From Octopus vulgaris (Eukaryota), in assembly GCA_951406725.2 (NCBI GenBank), contig OX597829.1, positions 24,118,001 to 24,182,000 on the forward strand: 64,000 nucleotides of DNA, in the 5' to 3' direction. How positions within the stretch are numbered: the stretch's first letter is position 1; every line of letters starts with the position of its first letter. A model generated the notes under the pieces. The model searched no databases, was not told the DNA's origin, and saw only the letters and a list, made by a program, of their open reading frames with translations. Positions 26,260 through 37,990 of the stretch are shown here, in pieces. The position numbers and the translations under genes are program-made.

Positions 26260-26644
26260 CATTAAATGATAATGATGTTGTCTGGACTTTCATACCATTC
26301 TTTATTTCACCCCAATCTCCATCTTTAATCATCTGTCATGCTCTTTACACTCTAAGTCACTTACCTATCCATCCACCTTTTCTGTTCTATCCCTATTCTC
26401 TCATATTCACCTAATAACTTGACATCACATATCTCTCTCTCTCTCTCTCTCTTTCCAAGTGGGCAATCTTCTTCAGCAAAACACTTGTTCCTTTCTCTCT
26501 ATCATACTTCCATATCCTTTAATATATATCCCACTCAGTTGAAGTGTCTTGTCTTGCAAGTATTTTATGACTTCACCAGTACAGGTGCCATGAAAAAAAT
26601 AAAAAGCACCCAGTACATGCTGTGAAGTGCTTGGTATTAGGAAA

Positions 26645-26875
26645 GGCGGCGAGCTAGCAGATTCGTTAGCACGTCGGGCGAAATGCTTAGCGGTATTTCG
26701 TCTGCTGTTACATTGTGAGTTCAAATTCCGCCGAGGTCGACTTTGCCTTTCATCCTTTCGGGGTTGATAAATTAAGTACCAGTTAAGCACTGGGGTCGAT
26801 GTAATCGACTTAATACCTATGTCTGTCCATGTTTGTCCCCTCTATGTTCAGCCCCTTGTGGGTAATAAAGAAATA
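26645..26875 (+). mobile_element. tRNA-derived SINE (family C) with target-site duplication
   Basis: GGCGGCGAGCT...GAGTTCAAATTCCGCCGAGGTCGACTTTGCCTTTCATCCTTTCGGGG...AATAAAGAAAT; TSD GGTATTAGGAAA at 26633-26644 and 26876-26887. Other copies at ~27096-27505(-, tandem dimer), 30762-30990(-), 40246-40475(+, TSD TATATTGCTAAGAGCAATA), 41502-41732(+), 42312-42525(+), 44385-44620(-), 50008-50232(-), 59615-59842(-). Confidence 0.88.
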
Positions 26876-28579
26876 GGTATTAGGAAAGGCATCGTCCTGT
26901 AGAAACCTTGGACTTTGGTGTAGCTCTCTGGCTAACCAGTACATGCCAAATTGTCCGATTCATTCCAGCATGTTAAAAAAGAAGCAGTCATCATCATCAT
27001 CATTGCCACCCTCCAGTAATGAAAGTTAAATTTTTTTGTCTTGAAGATGTTACTATGGATATTCTTTACATGATAAACACTTAATTTATATTTAATTCTT
27101 TATTGCCACAAGGGGCTAAACATAGAGGGGACAAACAAAGACAGACAAATGGATTAAGTCGATTACATCGACCCCAGTGCATAACTGGTACTTAATTTAT
27201 CGACCCCGAAAGGATGAAAGGCAAAGTTAACCTCAGTGGAATTTGAACTCAGAACATAGCGGTAGACAAAATACCTATTTCTTTATTGCCCACAAGGGGC
27301 TAAACATAGAGAGGACAAACAAAGACAGACAAATGGATTAAGTCAATTACATCGACCCCAGTGCATAACTGGTACTTAATTTATCGACCCCGAAAGGATG
27401 AAAGGCAAAGTTAATCTTGGCGGAATTTGAACTCAGAACGCAGCGGCGGACAAAATACCACAAAGCATTTCGCCCGGCGTGCTAACGATTCTGCCAGTTC
27501 ACTTCCTTCACTCAATTTATATTTCCTTCCTCTAGTCTCTAATTCTGATGACTTTCTCAAGGTTTGAGGATATTTCTTTACTGTAATCTATTAAGCCCAT
27601 TTACCAATTACCAAGAACAAGTTTTCCTTCCAACACAACAAGATGAAAGGAATCTAGAAATTCGTTGAAAAGCTTTATAATCTTTCTAGCTCAGGTTTGA
27701 TGGAAGCATTTCTCCTAAGACTTATTTTTAGTTCTTGCTTTCAGTATACACTGATAGATGTGGGTGCTAGGCTATTATTAGAAAAATATTCCATATTTTC
27801 TTTTATATTTAGAGTTTACTATTTCTGTTTATTTCCATTCACGTAAACAATGGTCAAAGCACTGACTGACTTGTGTCATTATACATTCTCAGTCATCTTG
27901 TTTAGACAAATTAAAACGTATCAAGTACAATTCATTAGTGTCTATTTACTTACATGAGAGTCAATATTGCTGAATGATTAACCCTTCAGATACAAACCCA
28001 CCCTGAAACCACACTTGGTCCTATGATACAAACTTCCCATTTTAAAGTAATCTAAATTAAAATTTCATATTAATTTATGTTCTAAGCCCCAGCTGAATAA
28101 TGTCAGAGTTATTTTAATAATTTTAGGAGTGGCTGTGTGGTAAGTAGCTTGCTAACCAACCACATGGTTCCGGGTTCAGTCGCACTGCATGGGACCTTGG
28201 GCAAGTGTCTTCTACTATAGCCTTGGGCCGACCAAAGCCTTGTGAGTGGATTTGGTAGACAGAAACTGAAAGAAGCCAGTTGTATATATGTATATATATG
28301 TATATGTGTGTGTGCGTGTATGTTTGTGGTTGTCCCCCTAGCATTGCTTGACAATCGATGCTGGTGTGTTTATGTCCCCGTAACTTAGCGGTTCGGCAAA
28401 AGAGACCAATAGAATAAGTACTGGGCTTACAAAGAATAAGTCCGGGGTCGAGTTGCTCAATTAAAGGCGGTTCTCCAGCATGGCCACAGTCAAATGACTG
28501 AAACAAGTAAAAGAGTAAAGAGTATTATTTTCAAAATTAATTGAGAAAAGGGCAGTGTATTTCAACAGAAATAAAAAAA

Positions 28580-28918
28580 AATAATAATAATGAAATTATT
28601 GTATACAGTGCTCAGGTGCACCATAACTTGTCAAAAAGTGCGTATAAAGTATATGCAGTAATATACAAATGTGTGGACAGCGAACAGTGTATGAGTCAGA
28701 TAGATGCTTGCGTGTGTATGGAGGGGAGAAAATTAGGTGTAGTGTTGGTGAATCTCAAGAAGCATGGAAGTTTCGAAGGATGCAGTGCTCCGACAACTAA
28801 CAACTGATGCTGGCAGTTTGTTCCATGCTTCAGCAACTCTTAGCGTGAAAAAATGTTTCCGAAAGTCATGGGAGCTGTGCTGTTTTCTGACTTTGTAAAC
28901 TTTGTAAACGTGTCCACG
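28580..28918 (-). mobile_element. CR1/L2-type LINE 3' end
   Basis: Minus strand encodes YKVRKQHSSHDFRKHFFTLRVAEAWNKLPASVVSCRSTASF (FF..RV...WN.LP motif), then a UTR and (TTA)n tail; a weaker similar tail lies at ~2810-3165(-). Confidence 0.7.
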
Positions 28919-29156
28919 GATGTGGTAATGGTAGTGAAAGGGTTAAGAAGTATGTTTCCTAACTACGAGGTTCAGGGTTCAATCCCACTGCATAGTGTCT
29001 TAGGCAAATGTTAATGTCTGTAACCTTGGATAGATTGTACCTATAATTCGGAATAGAAGGGAGAGTGTGATGATGCTAAGTGAGCTCATGACAAAGACAA
29101 ACTATAAGAGGAGCAGTTTTGTAGTTGTGAGAGGCAAGAGTAAAAGAGTATAAACA

Positions 29157-29196
<40 letters not shown>

Positions 29197-29314
29197 CTTT
29201 TATTCCTACTTCAGTTCATCTAATTGTATATATCATGTCTTTCGTTACTTTTCATAAAAAGCCTTTACTTTTTTTGATTTCCAATGTGCATTTTCGCTTA
29301 TTTTTCTTACTTTC

Positions 29315-29366
<52 letters not shown>

Positions 29367-29517
29367 TCATCATCATCTTCACCATCATCATCATCATCAT
29401 CGTTTAACATCCGCTTTCCATGGGTTGGACGATTTGACTGATCTGGCAGAGTTATTACAGCTGGATGCCCTTCCTAATGCTAACCACTCCGAGAGTGTAG
29501 TGGGTACTTTTATGTGC

Positions 29518-29548
<31 letters not shown>

Positions 29549-30191
29549 TGTATGTATGTATATACATATATTACATATATGTGTGTGTGTGTATACATAT
29601 ATATATAGAGAGAGAGAAAGAGAGTAGTATGTAAAGAAAGAGGAAAGGAGAAAGGAATTAGTGTCAGGGGTTAATGAGAGAAGGAGTGGTAAGGTGTAAG
29701 GATGAAAAGGTGAGATCAGTAGGAGGATCCCTTGCCATCCTATATAAGGGTATGGGTGGAATGGAACATAAATGAAAGAGAAATAGGTGAGAGTGGCAAG
29801 AAATCAGGAGAGGAGGTCACTTGAGTGAAGGTGGGCTTTGGGATGCATTGAGGTAGGTTAAAGACAGTGTGGTGGGGATGAGGTTTTGAGGCAGTGGATA
29901 AGCTGGGGGAAAGTGCAATAAGAGAAAAGAGGTAGGTCAAGGGAGCAGTGGATGAATGCAGCAAGAGCAGTGATGGAAAGAGAAGCTGAAGGAGGGGCTA
30001 CCAAAGAGGTGGTGGCTGCGGTGGTAGGAGAAAGAACAAAGTATGAATGTAAACAAAATGCCCTAGTTAGGGAGGCTGAGGAGAGAGATAGTGAGAGAAA
30101 GAGAGACAGAGTGGTGGGGTGAGAGAAAGTGTTGCAGCAATGTGTGCATGCAAGAGTAAGAGAAAGAAGGGCTGGAAATTACTGTAGAAAT

Positions 30192-30222
<31 letters not shown>

Positions 30223-30452
30223 GGTGAATGTAGTGAAAACAATGAGACAAAGAGAGGTCAGATGAGAATATCATAAAAGGGGGTGGGGAGAAGAGTATAG
30301 TAAGAAAAGAGTGAAAGCATCTTGGGCAAGGAGACTTGTGGAGAGAAGATAGTAAAAGAATTGGGGAGTGGTAGGTAACTGCAGCAAGAGGATCTCAGCT
30401 GACAGCACTCCTATCATTAGTATTCGTTCTGCCATGCTCCATGTTGGTCTAA

Positions 30453-30488
<36 letters not shown>

Positions 30489-32099
30489 TTTACTGCATTA
30501 CCGCAGGTGACTAGTTGTTGCAATCACTTGTCAACTATTTTGTGAGATTCATCATCATCATCGTTTAACATCTGTTTTCCATGCTGGCATGGGTTGGATG
30601 GCTCGACAGGAGTTGGCCAGCCAGGGAGCTATCCAGACTCCAGTTGTTTGTTTTGGCATGGTTTCTGCTGCAGGATACATTTCCTAACACCAACCACTTT
30701 ATAGAGTATGCTGAATGCTTTTTACATGGCACCAGCGCAGGTGCATTTACACACCACATAATTCTTTACTACCCACAAGGAGCCAAACATAGAGGGGACA
30801 AACAAGGACAGACAAAGGGATTAAGTCGATTACATCGACCCCAGTGCGAAATTGGTACTTTATTTATCGACCCCGAAAGGATGAAAGGCAAAGTCGACCT
30901 CGGCGGAATTTGAACTCACAACGTAACGACAGGTGAAATACCGCTAAGCATTTCGCCCGGCGCGCTAACGTTTCTGCCATCTCGCCGCATTTACACACCA
31001 CAGGCACAAGAAGCATTCTATGTGGTTCCAACAAGATCAGTTTCCATCAGTTAGTCCCATGTCATTCTATAACTTCCTTACTTTCCTATTCCATTGGCAC
31101 AGTCCACTCTGATCACTCACCACTTATTTTATGCAACAGTCTTCATTCACATCATTTGTCCAAACCAATGTAGTTCTCTCTCTTGCATCTTAACGTCAGC
31201 TTCCCCTTATACATTGAATATAAAAAAATAATGGCTCTTTTATGAAAAGTAGCAATAAATAAATACAATTAGATGAACTGAAGTAGAATTAAGAGGAATT
31301 AAATTCATTATTTTGAATTGTTAAAGAGATTCAAAGTCAAACTGGTGTCGTCATTCCTGTTCACTGGCTTTGAATGCGCACCGATTATCAAACAGTGTCA
31401 GGTATACTAGTCCCTGAGTAAAAAGATTGTGTATATATATATATATATCATCATCATCATCATCGTTTAACATCCACTTTCTATGCTAGCATGCGTTGGA
31501 CGGTTTGACTGTGGGCTGGCGAACCAGATGGCTGCACCAGGCTCCAGTCTTGATCTGGCAGAATTTCTACAGCTGGATGCCCTTCCTAACGCCAACCACT
31601 CCGAGAGTGTAGTGGGTGCTTTTTACGTGCCACCAGCACAGGGGCCAGTAAGGCGATGCTGGTAATGATCCCGCTCGAATGGTGCCTCCTACATGCCGCT
31701 AGCATGGAAGCCAGTTAGCCGCTCTGGCAATGATCACGTTCAGATGGTGCTCTTAGCACCCTACTAGCATGGGGCACAAGTGCCAGTAAAGCGAGGCTGG
31801 TAACGATCACACTCGAATGGTGCCTTTTATGTGCCACTGGCACGGAAACCAGTTAGCCGTTCTGTCAACGATTACGCTCGTATGGTGCTCATACCCATCA
31901 TCGAATTTCACTTTGATTTTGATTTCGATTTCACTTGCCTCAACAGGTCTTCGCAAGCAGAGTTTAGTATCCAAAGAAGGAAAAGGTACGCATAAGTGGG
32001 CTGGTTACGCCCATGGCACAGGCTATGAGGTTATGGTCTCATTTGGCTTGCTGGGTCTTCTCAAGAACAGCATATTTCCAAAGGTCTCACTCACTAGTC

Positions 32100-32690
32100 A
32101 TTTCCTTGGTGAGGCCTAAAGTTCAAAGGTTGTGCTTCACCACTCCATCCCAGGCCTTCCTGGGTCTACCTCTTCCACAGGTTCTCTCAATTGCAAGGGT
32201 GTGCACTTTTTCACATAGCTATCCTCATCCATTCTCGCTACATGCTTCTTAGGTCCAACTTTTCTCTCAAGGTACTTACACTCTGTCGAGTATGCACACT
32301 GACATTACACATCCATCGGATCATACTGGCTTCATTCCTTGCAAGCTTGCGCATGTCCTCAGCAGTCACAGCCCATGTTTCACTGCCACATATCATGGCT
32401 GTTCGTACACATGCGCCATATAGCCTACCTTTTACTCTAAGCGAGAGGCCCTTTGTCACCAGCAGGGGTAAGATCTCTCTGAATTTTTCCAAAGCTATTC
32501 TTATTCTAGCAGCTATACTTTCAGAGCACCCTCCCCCACTACCGACTTGGTCACCTAGGTAACGGAAGCTATCAACTACTTCTAGTTTTTCTCCCTGGAA
32601 TGTGGCGGAAGTTGTTCTCTGCGCATTGTCAGTGTTTATTGCACTCAAGCATCTGCCACATACAAAAGCTATCTTCCCAGTTATACTTCC
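32100..32690 (-). mobile_element. RTE-clade LINE reverse transcriptase fragment
   Basis: ORF 32238..32648: KLEVVDSFRYLGDQV...ARIRIALEKFREILPLL...KGRLYGACVRTAMICGSETW. Confidence 0.85.
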
Positions 32691-33989
32691 TTATATATAT
32701 ATATATATATATATATGTGGTAAATGAAAGACGTTTTATTATCTAATACACACACACACACATTAGAAGTTGGACCTATTTCAGTGAAGAACCCAGTTTC
32801 TGTGTGTGACACAGTCCAAACTACGAGTCTTAACCATCATTAAATTCTTTGTCTGGACGATTCGAGGAAAAACCACAAAGGGCAAGATTGAGTAAAAAGT
32901 GGAAAGATTTGATTTTTAAAAAATTGTAAACACTGGGATAGACAGACAGCAAAGAAAAACGATCTCTATGGAAGTTTCACAAGAAATAATACACTTAATT
33001 ACTGCATTCGTATTTCGTCATGAAAGACTACTCCGTCGCCCTTTCCTCCTCCTTGTCCTCGTACTCCTCCCCTTCTCCTCCTTCTTCTTCTTCTTCTTCT
33101 TCTTCTTCTTCTTTTTCTTCTTCCGTTCCCTCACCCAAACAATGAAACAACGAACAAGGGCAAAAGTGAAACAAAAGAACCGTGCATCTCTGAGATGGAG
33201 AGGAGGAGGAGGAGCAGGGCAGGAGGAGGAGGACGAGGACGAGTTGGGAAATGGAATAGAAACTAAAATTTGAAAACAATATCGTTTATTTCATTGTAAA
33301 TCTGCTGACGTTCTGAAAAAAACAACCTTTTTAGTGACGTCGTCGCCTTTCTCTCCAAAAGTTAGGAATGTACTGTTTTGGTTTTTTTTAAAAAATGGTG
33401 GGAGGGTGGGGGTAAAAAGGTGGTGGGTGGGAGCAAAACAAGTACAGACTTCTGGATGATGAGAAACGGTCAGTTAGTAACTGTTAGAATCGTATTTCAA
33501 GAACAAAAGCCTTTGTTGCCCATCGCACAAAGACACAAGCTAGCTTCCATTGTCCATCATTTATGGCTGGACAGTCCGCTTACTTCACTTTCATCCACGA
33601 TTCCATATAAGTTTAAACTTGGCATGGATCAGCTCTAGGTCTCTCAAGACAATTAAGTAGTCATGTTATTAGCATTGACTTGGATGTATCCGCATTATGA
33701 TTATCATCATCGTCGTCGTCGTCATCGTCGTCGTCGTCACCACCGCCACCACCACCACCACTACCACCACCACCACCACTGCCACCACCACCACCACTAC
33801 TACATCTGTGGGCGGTCATCAGTGTTAATGGAAAATTGTAAACCTGATTAGTAACAAGTGAAAAGAAGAAAAAAAGCTCTCTTCAGCCCTCCATTCTTTA
33901 ATCATAAATCAACAAGCATTATCATCATTATTCTAATTAGTATTCGCACTTAATACGTGTATGTGCACCCCCACTAACACGCACGCACA

Positions 33990-34084
33990 TATCTATATAT
34001 ACATATATATATATATATGGCCAGGTTCAACAATATATATATACATATATATATGTATGTATGTATATATGTACACACACACAC

Positions 34085-34116
<32 letters not shown>

Positions 34117-34137
34117 GCATACATATATATATATATG

Positions 34138-34186
<49 letters not shown>

Positions 34187-34288
34187 GCATATACATATAC
34201 ATATACATACATATATATATTTATATATATATATATTTATATATATATATACATACATATATATATTTATATATATATGCATATACAT

Positions 34289-34368
<80 letters not shown>

Positions 34369-34730
34369 CATACACACACATATACACATGCATGTACTTA
34401 TGCATACATATATACATACGTATAGAGATAAATAAACACTCATAAACGTACATATATGTGTGCGTGTGAGAGAGAGAGAATGATACATATTCTTACATGA
34501 GCACAAACACACATATAGTGCACCTGAACACTATACAAAAACGTCGTTATTATTATATATTTTTATTTACATATACATAAGTGTGTGTGTGTGTATGCAT
34601 ATATATATATATAATAAAAAAATCGCATATATATATATATATATGCATACACACATATACATATATGTGTGTATATCTATGTATGTATGTGTATGAATAT
34701 ATAGTTTGCATGTATATGTGTGCGTGTGTA
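33990..34730. repeat. Long compound (TA)n/(CA)n microsatellite upstream of PPEF
   Basis: ~740 bp dominated by TA/CATA/TG repeats; source of many YI-rich spurious ORFs. Confidence 0.95.
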
Positions 34731-34994
34731 GTCTCACATAATAATGACATTTATGCTGTAGAAAGTGTTCTGTTGTCTGTAATATTACCTAAACAAAACT
34801 GATAATATAATGTTTACATATCAAATGCACGCAAGGACAGAAGAGGTTTTTAAGAGATTGTAAAGGACGACATTTTTTAGTTTAAGTGATGTTGCTGGAG
34901 GAAGAACATTTCAAGAAGACATAAGTTAATGTCGCCATCGTTCTATGATAAGACTGCAGGACATTTTCCTTGAAATTTAATTCTAAGGTTTGAT

Positions 34995-36926
34995 ATGGGC
35001 AGCTGCTGTACCAAACTAATAGAAGGAAAGGTGACAGCCGTCTCTCATTTCAAATTGAAACGTGGGACTAAGCCGGAACGGAAAGAATTGGATTCGGAGC
35101 TACTGAAACTAACAGATGTGAAAGCAGCGCTGTTGATTCAGAAATGGTTCCGTGTTTGGTCGAGTAAGTTGAGAGTCAGAAGAGAAATAGCCTGGAATGT
35201 ATTTCAAGAAATTGAATATTTCGGTGAACACCATCAATTAAAGTTGAGTAAAATGTTTAAAGTTTTGATCGAAGAATTCCAAGACACAGCAAAAGTGGAT
35301 TTTATTCAACAAAGGTTGATCAACAAGGCCGCCGGACGTCCTTCAGTCATCGATGTAGACACTTCTATAAAAGATCTTGAAATTCCACAAATTATTCCAA
35401 ACGATTATGTTGGCATCGTGATCACACTACCTTATTCATCTAATAAATTGCAGATTCTGGTCAATGATTTCAGATGTGGCAAAATAATCCATGCTGCATA
35501 TGTTTCACAAATACTGAGGGACACGATTTTAAAACTGAAATCTCGAAATAATTTGTATCGTATAACAACAACTTCTGTTAACAAGAAGGTGACTATTATT
35601 GGAGACTTACATGGAAGTTTGGATGATCTACTTACCATATTTCACAAAAATAACCTTCCTTCTACAACAAACCCTTATGTTTTTAATGGAGACATCGTCG
35701 ATAGAGGACCCAAGTGTGTTGAAGTGTGCATGATTATATTTTACTGTATTTTGGTGTTTCCTAATCATGTATTCTTGAACAGAGGAAACCACGAAGATCC
35801 TATTTTAAACAGGAGATATGGTTTCATAAAAGAAATTACTCTAAGATTTAGAACTTACGCAAAAAGACTCCTCAAGATGTTCAATATACTATTTAAATAT
35901 CTACCATTGGGTTCGATCATCGATAATAAAATATTGGTTGTACATGGAGGAATATCGGATGAGTTAGATTTAAAGAAAATCAATCAAATTCCAAGAACGA
36001 AATTTGTTTCAGTCATAAAACCAGGTTCATTTTTTGAGGTAAATGAGAAATGTAGCTGGGGATACTTGCTCGATCTTCTCTGGAGTGATCCGTCAAACCA
36101 AAAGGGTTGCACTGAAAATGAATTTAGGGGAAGTGGGAAATATTTTGGACCTGATATTACAAGTAATTTCTTAGAGGAGAACAATCTTGTACTTCTAATA
36201 AGATCTCACGAATGTAAAGTGAATGGCTACGAGTACACACACGACAACCAAGTGTTAACCATTTTCTCTGCATCCAACTATTACGAACGAGGAAGCAATA
36301 AAGGTGCTTTTGTAATATACCGTGGTGACGAAAAAAATTTGAGTATCATCCCGTTTGTCAGCAATGAAGATGCGTTAAATAATTTGAACATAAAAGATCA
36401 GATAATTTCGTTGGAAATTTCCGCATTCAGTAAAATAAAGCAAATGATTAGTTTGAAACTTCCAGAGCTCAAAGAGGCACTTAGTCAATACGATAAGGAT
36501 GGAACTGGAACCGTAAGTGCCAAAGACTTCAGCACATGTTTGGGTGCAGTGCTGAAGCTGAAAGTGCCATGGCGTTTAATCATTAACAGAATCTGTGATG
36601 TCGATAGCGACAACATGGTGCATTACGAAAACACTTTTAAGATATTGGATTTGTCTAGGGCATCCAAACACCCAGTCGCAGACATTGTGTATGCTAACAG
36701 AGAGATCTTGGAGACTATATTTCGAACATTTGATGTTGATAATTCTGGAGCAATTACGATGCAAGAATTTAAGGATGGCATGATGATTCTTCAAAGATGT
36801 ACCAGCCATATATTTAAAGAAGGTGATATTGCTAAAATAGGGAAAACTATGGACTTTGATAAAGATGGTAACATTGACATTAATGAATTTTTTGAAGCTT
36901 TTCGCATATCTGCATATACGTGGTAA
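34995..36926 (+). CDS. PPEF: Serine/threonine-protein phosphatase with EF-hands (PPEF/RdgC, PP7 family), intronless CDS, 643 aa
   Basis: Uninterrupted ORF. N-terminal MGSCC acylation motif; IQ motif AALLIQKWFR; all PPP catalytic motifs (GDLHG, GDIVDRG, RGNHE, HGG, WSDP, RSHE, SASNY); EF-hand loops DKDGTGTVSAKDF, DVDNSGAITMQEF and DFDKDGNIDINEF. Confidence 0.95.
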   Translation: MGSCCTKLIEGKVTAVSHFKLKRGTKPERKELDSELLKLTDVKAALLIQKWFRVWSSKLRVRREIAWNVFQEIEYFGEHHQLKLSKMFKVLIEEFQDTAKVDFIQQRLINKAAGRPSVIDVDTSIKDLEIPQIIPNDYVGIVITLPYSSNKLQILVNDFRCGKIIHAAYVSQILRDTILKLKSRNNLYRITTTSVNKKVTIIGDLHGSLDDLLTIFHKNNLPSTTNPYVFNGDIVDRGPKCVEVCMIIFYCILVFPNHVFLNRGNHEDPILNRRYGFIKEITLRFRTYAKRLLKMFNILFKYLPLGSIIDNKILVVHGGISDELDLKKINQIPRTKFVSVIKPGSFFEVNEKCSWGYLLDLLWSDPSNQKGCTENEFRGSGKYFGPDITSNFLEENNLVLLIRSHECKVNGYEYTHDNQVLTIFSASNYYERGSNKGAFVIYRGDEKNLSIIPFVSNEDALNNLNIKDQIISLEISAFSKIKQMISLKLPELKEALSQYDKDGTGTVSAKDFSTCLGAVLKLKVPWRLIINRICDVDSDNMVHYENTFKILDLSRASKHPVADIVYANREILETIFRTFDVDNSGAITMQEFKDGMMILQRCTSHIFKEGDIAKIGKTMDFDKDGNIDINEFFEAFRISAYTW

Positions 36927-37024
36927 TTAAAACAACAGAACAGATTGGAACCAGTATTCCAGAGAGCAAAAAGTAAAAAATAACTTTTTCTTAAATTTTC
37001 TCAACTGTAAGTCAAATATTCGAC

Positions 37025-37030
37025 AATAAA
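37025..37030 (+). terminator. Candidate polyadenylation signal of PPEF
   Basis: AATAAA ~100 nt after the stop codon, with GT/T-rich sequence downstream (37085-37115). Confidence 0.55.
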
Positions 37031-37178
37031 TATCTTTTAAGTAACTATATCAATTAATGTAAAGTGTTTCCTTATAAAATACTGTTTTGTTTTTCTTTTT
37101 TGTTTGTTTGCATTTGTTAAAATCTGTTTGGATAAAAAACAAAACGATTTATCTCGGCTTTTGAAACTGTTTACTTGG

Positions 37179-37225
<47 letters not shown>

Positions 37226-37227
<2 letters not shown>

Positions 37228-37510
37228 CATAACTACAGATTCCTGCCTCCCCGATTTTGGCTGATCATAACTTTCAGAAAAACGGATATTTTTTAATGAA
37301 ATGTTCTACAAATATACCTCTGACTATGTGGTCTCCGAGAATATAGGAATTGTGTGTGTGTGGGGAGGGGACAATTGGGGATTACTTTTGAGGACCGTTC
37401 CCCACTCGGGGGTGTTTCGGAACAAGTCGTCCATATTTGTTTCATTTTCTCCGTTTTATGCGTTTATGCATCCGTAGATTTCTAGTCCTCTCGCTCACCC
37501 TTACACACAC

Positions 37511-37576
<66 letters not shown>

Positions 37577-37801
37577 GCAATTAAAAAAGTTCAAACAGGG
37601 AATTATTCTATTCAATGTCTTTCTGTTAGAAACGTTTAGACCTTTAGCTGGTATTTTTAGCATAACTAGTTTTCCGATGACGAGTTTTCTGGTGACAGCT
37701 TCATTGCCTACTGCGTCAGTAGAAATTTACGGATGCACAAACGCACAAAACGGTTATGATCATCTAAAGTCGGGTGTGGAGCAGGAATCTGTAGTTATGC
37801 C
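37226..37801. mobile_element. TA-flanked MITE/non-autonomous DNA transposon
   Basis: Perfect 21-bp TIR GGCATAACTACAGATTCCTGC / GCAGGAATCTGTAGTTATGCC, with TA on both sides and an internal (TA)n tract. Confidence 0.85.
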
Positions 37802-37834
37802 TATGTGTTATATGTATATATATATATATATATA

Positions 37835-37990
37835 TTTATTTTAAGCAGCAGAAAATTCAACAAAATCTGTTACTCTGAGTTTCTCTTTGCCGTTCATCAG
37901 ACAGTTTTTTTTAGAAAAAACTGTCTGATGAACGGCAACGAGAAACTCAGAGTAACAGATTTTGTTGAATTTTCTGCTGCTTTAAATAAA
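37835..37990. repeat. Near-perfect ~156-bp palindrome made of two head-to-head hammerhead-like units
   Basis: Arms 37835-37910 and 37915-37990 are reverse complements with 2 mismatches. The right arm contains CTGT CTGATGA ACGGCAACGA GAAAC TCAGA GTA ACAG (37921-37958), mirrored on the minus strand at 37867-37904. Confidence 0.85.

Noticed and set aside
29640-30480. Long purine-rich G/A tract (also ~13380-13920)
   Set aside because: Low-complexity sequence with no periodicity, ORF or termini that I can support.
33028-33279. Poly-Glu ORF on the minus strand and poly-His/Arg ORF at 33663
   Set aside because: Derived from (TTC)n and (CAC)n/(CGT)n repeats; no homology recognised.
33961-34802. Many overlapping ORFs rich in YI/CV/HT (also near 7133, 21060, 45000, 54337, 59800)
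   Set aside because: Translations of (TA)n, (CA)n and (CATA)n microsatellites; no coding signal.
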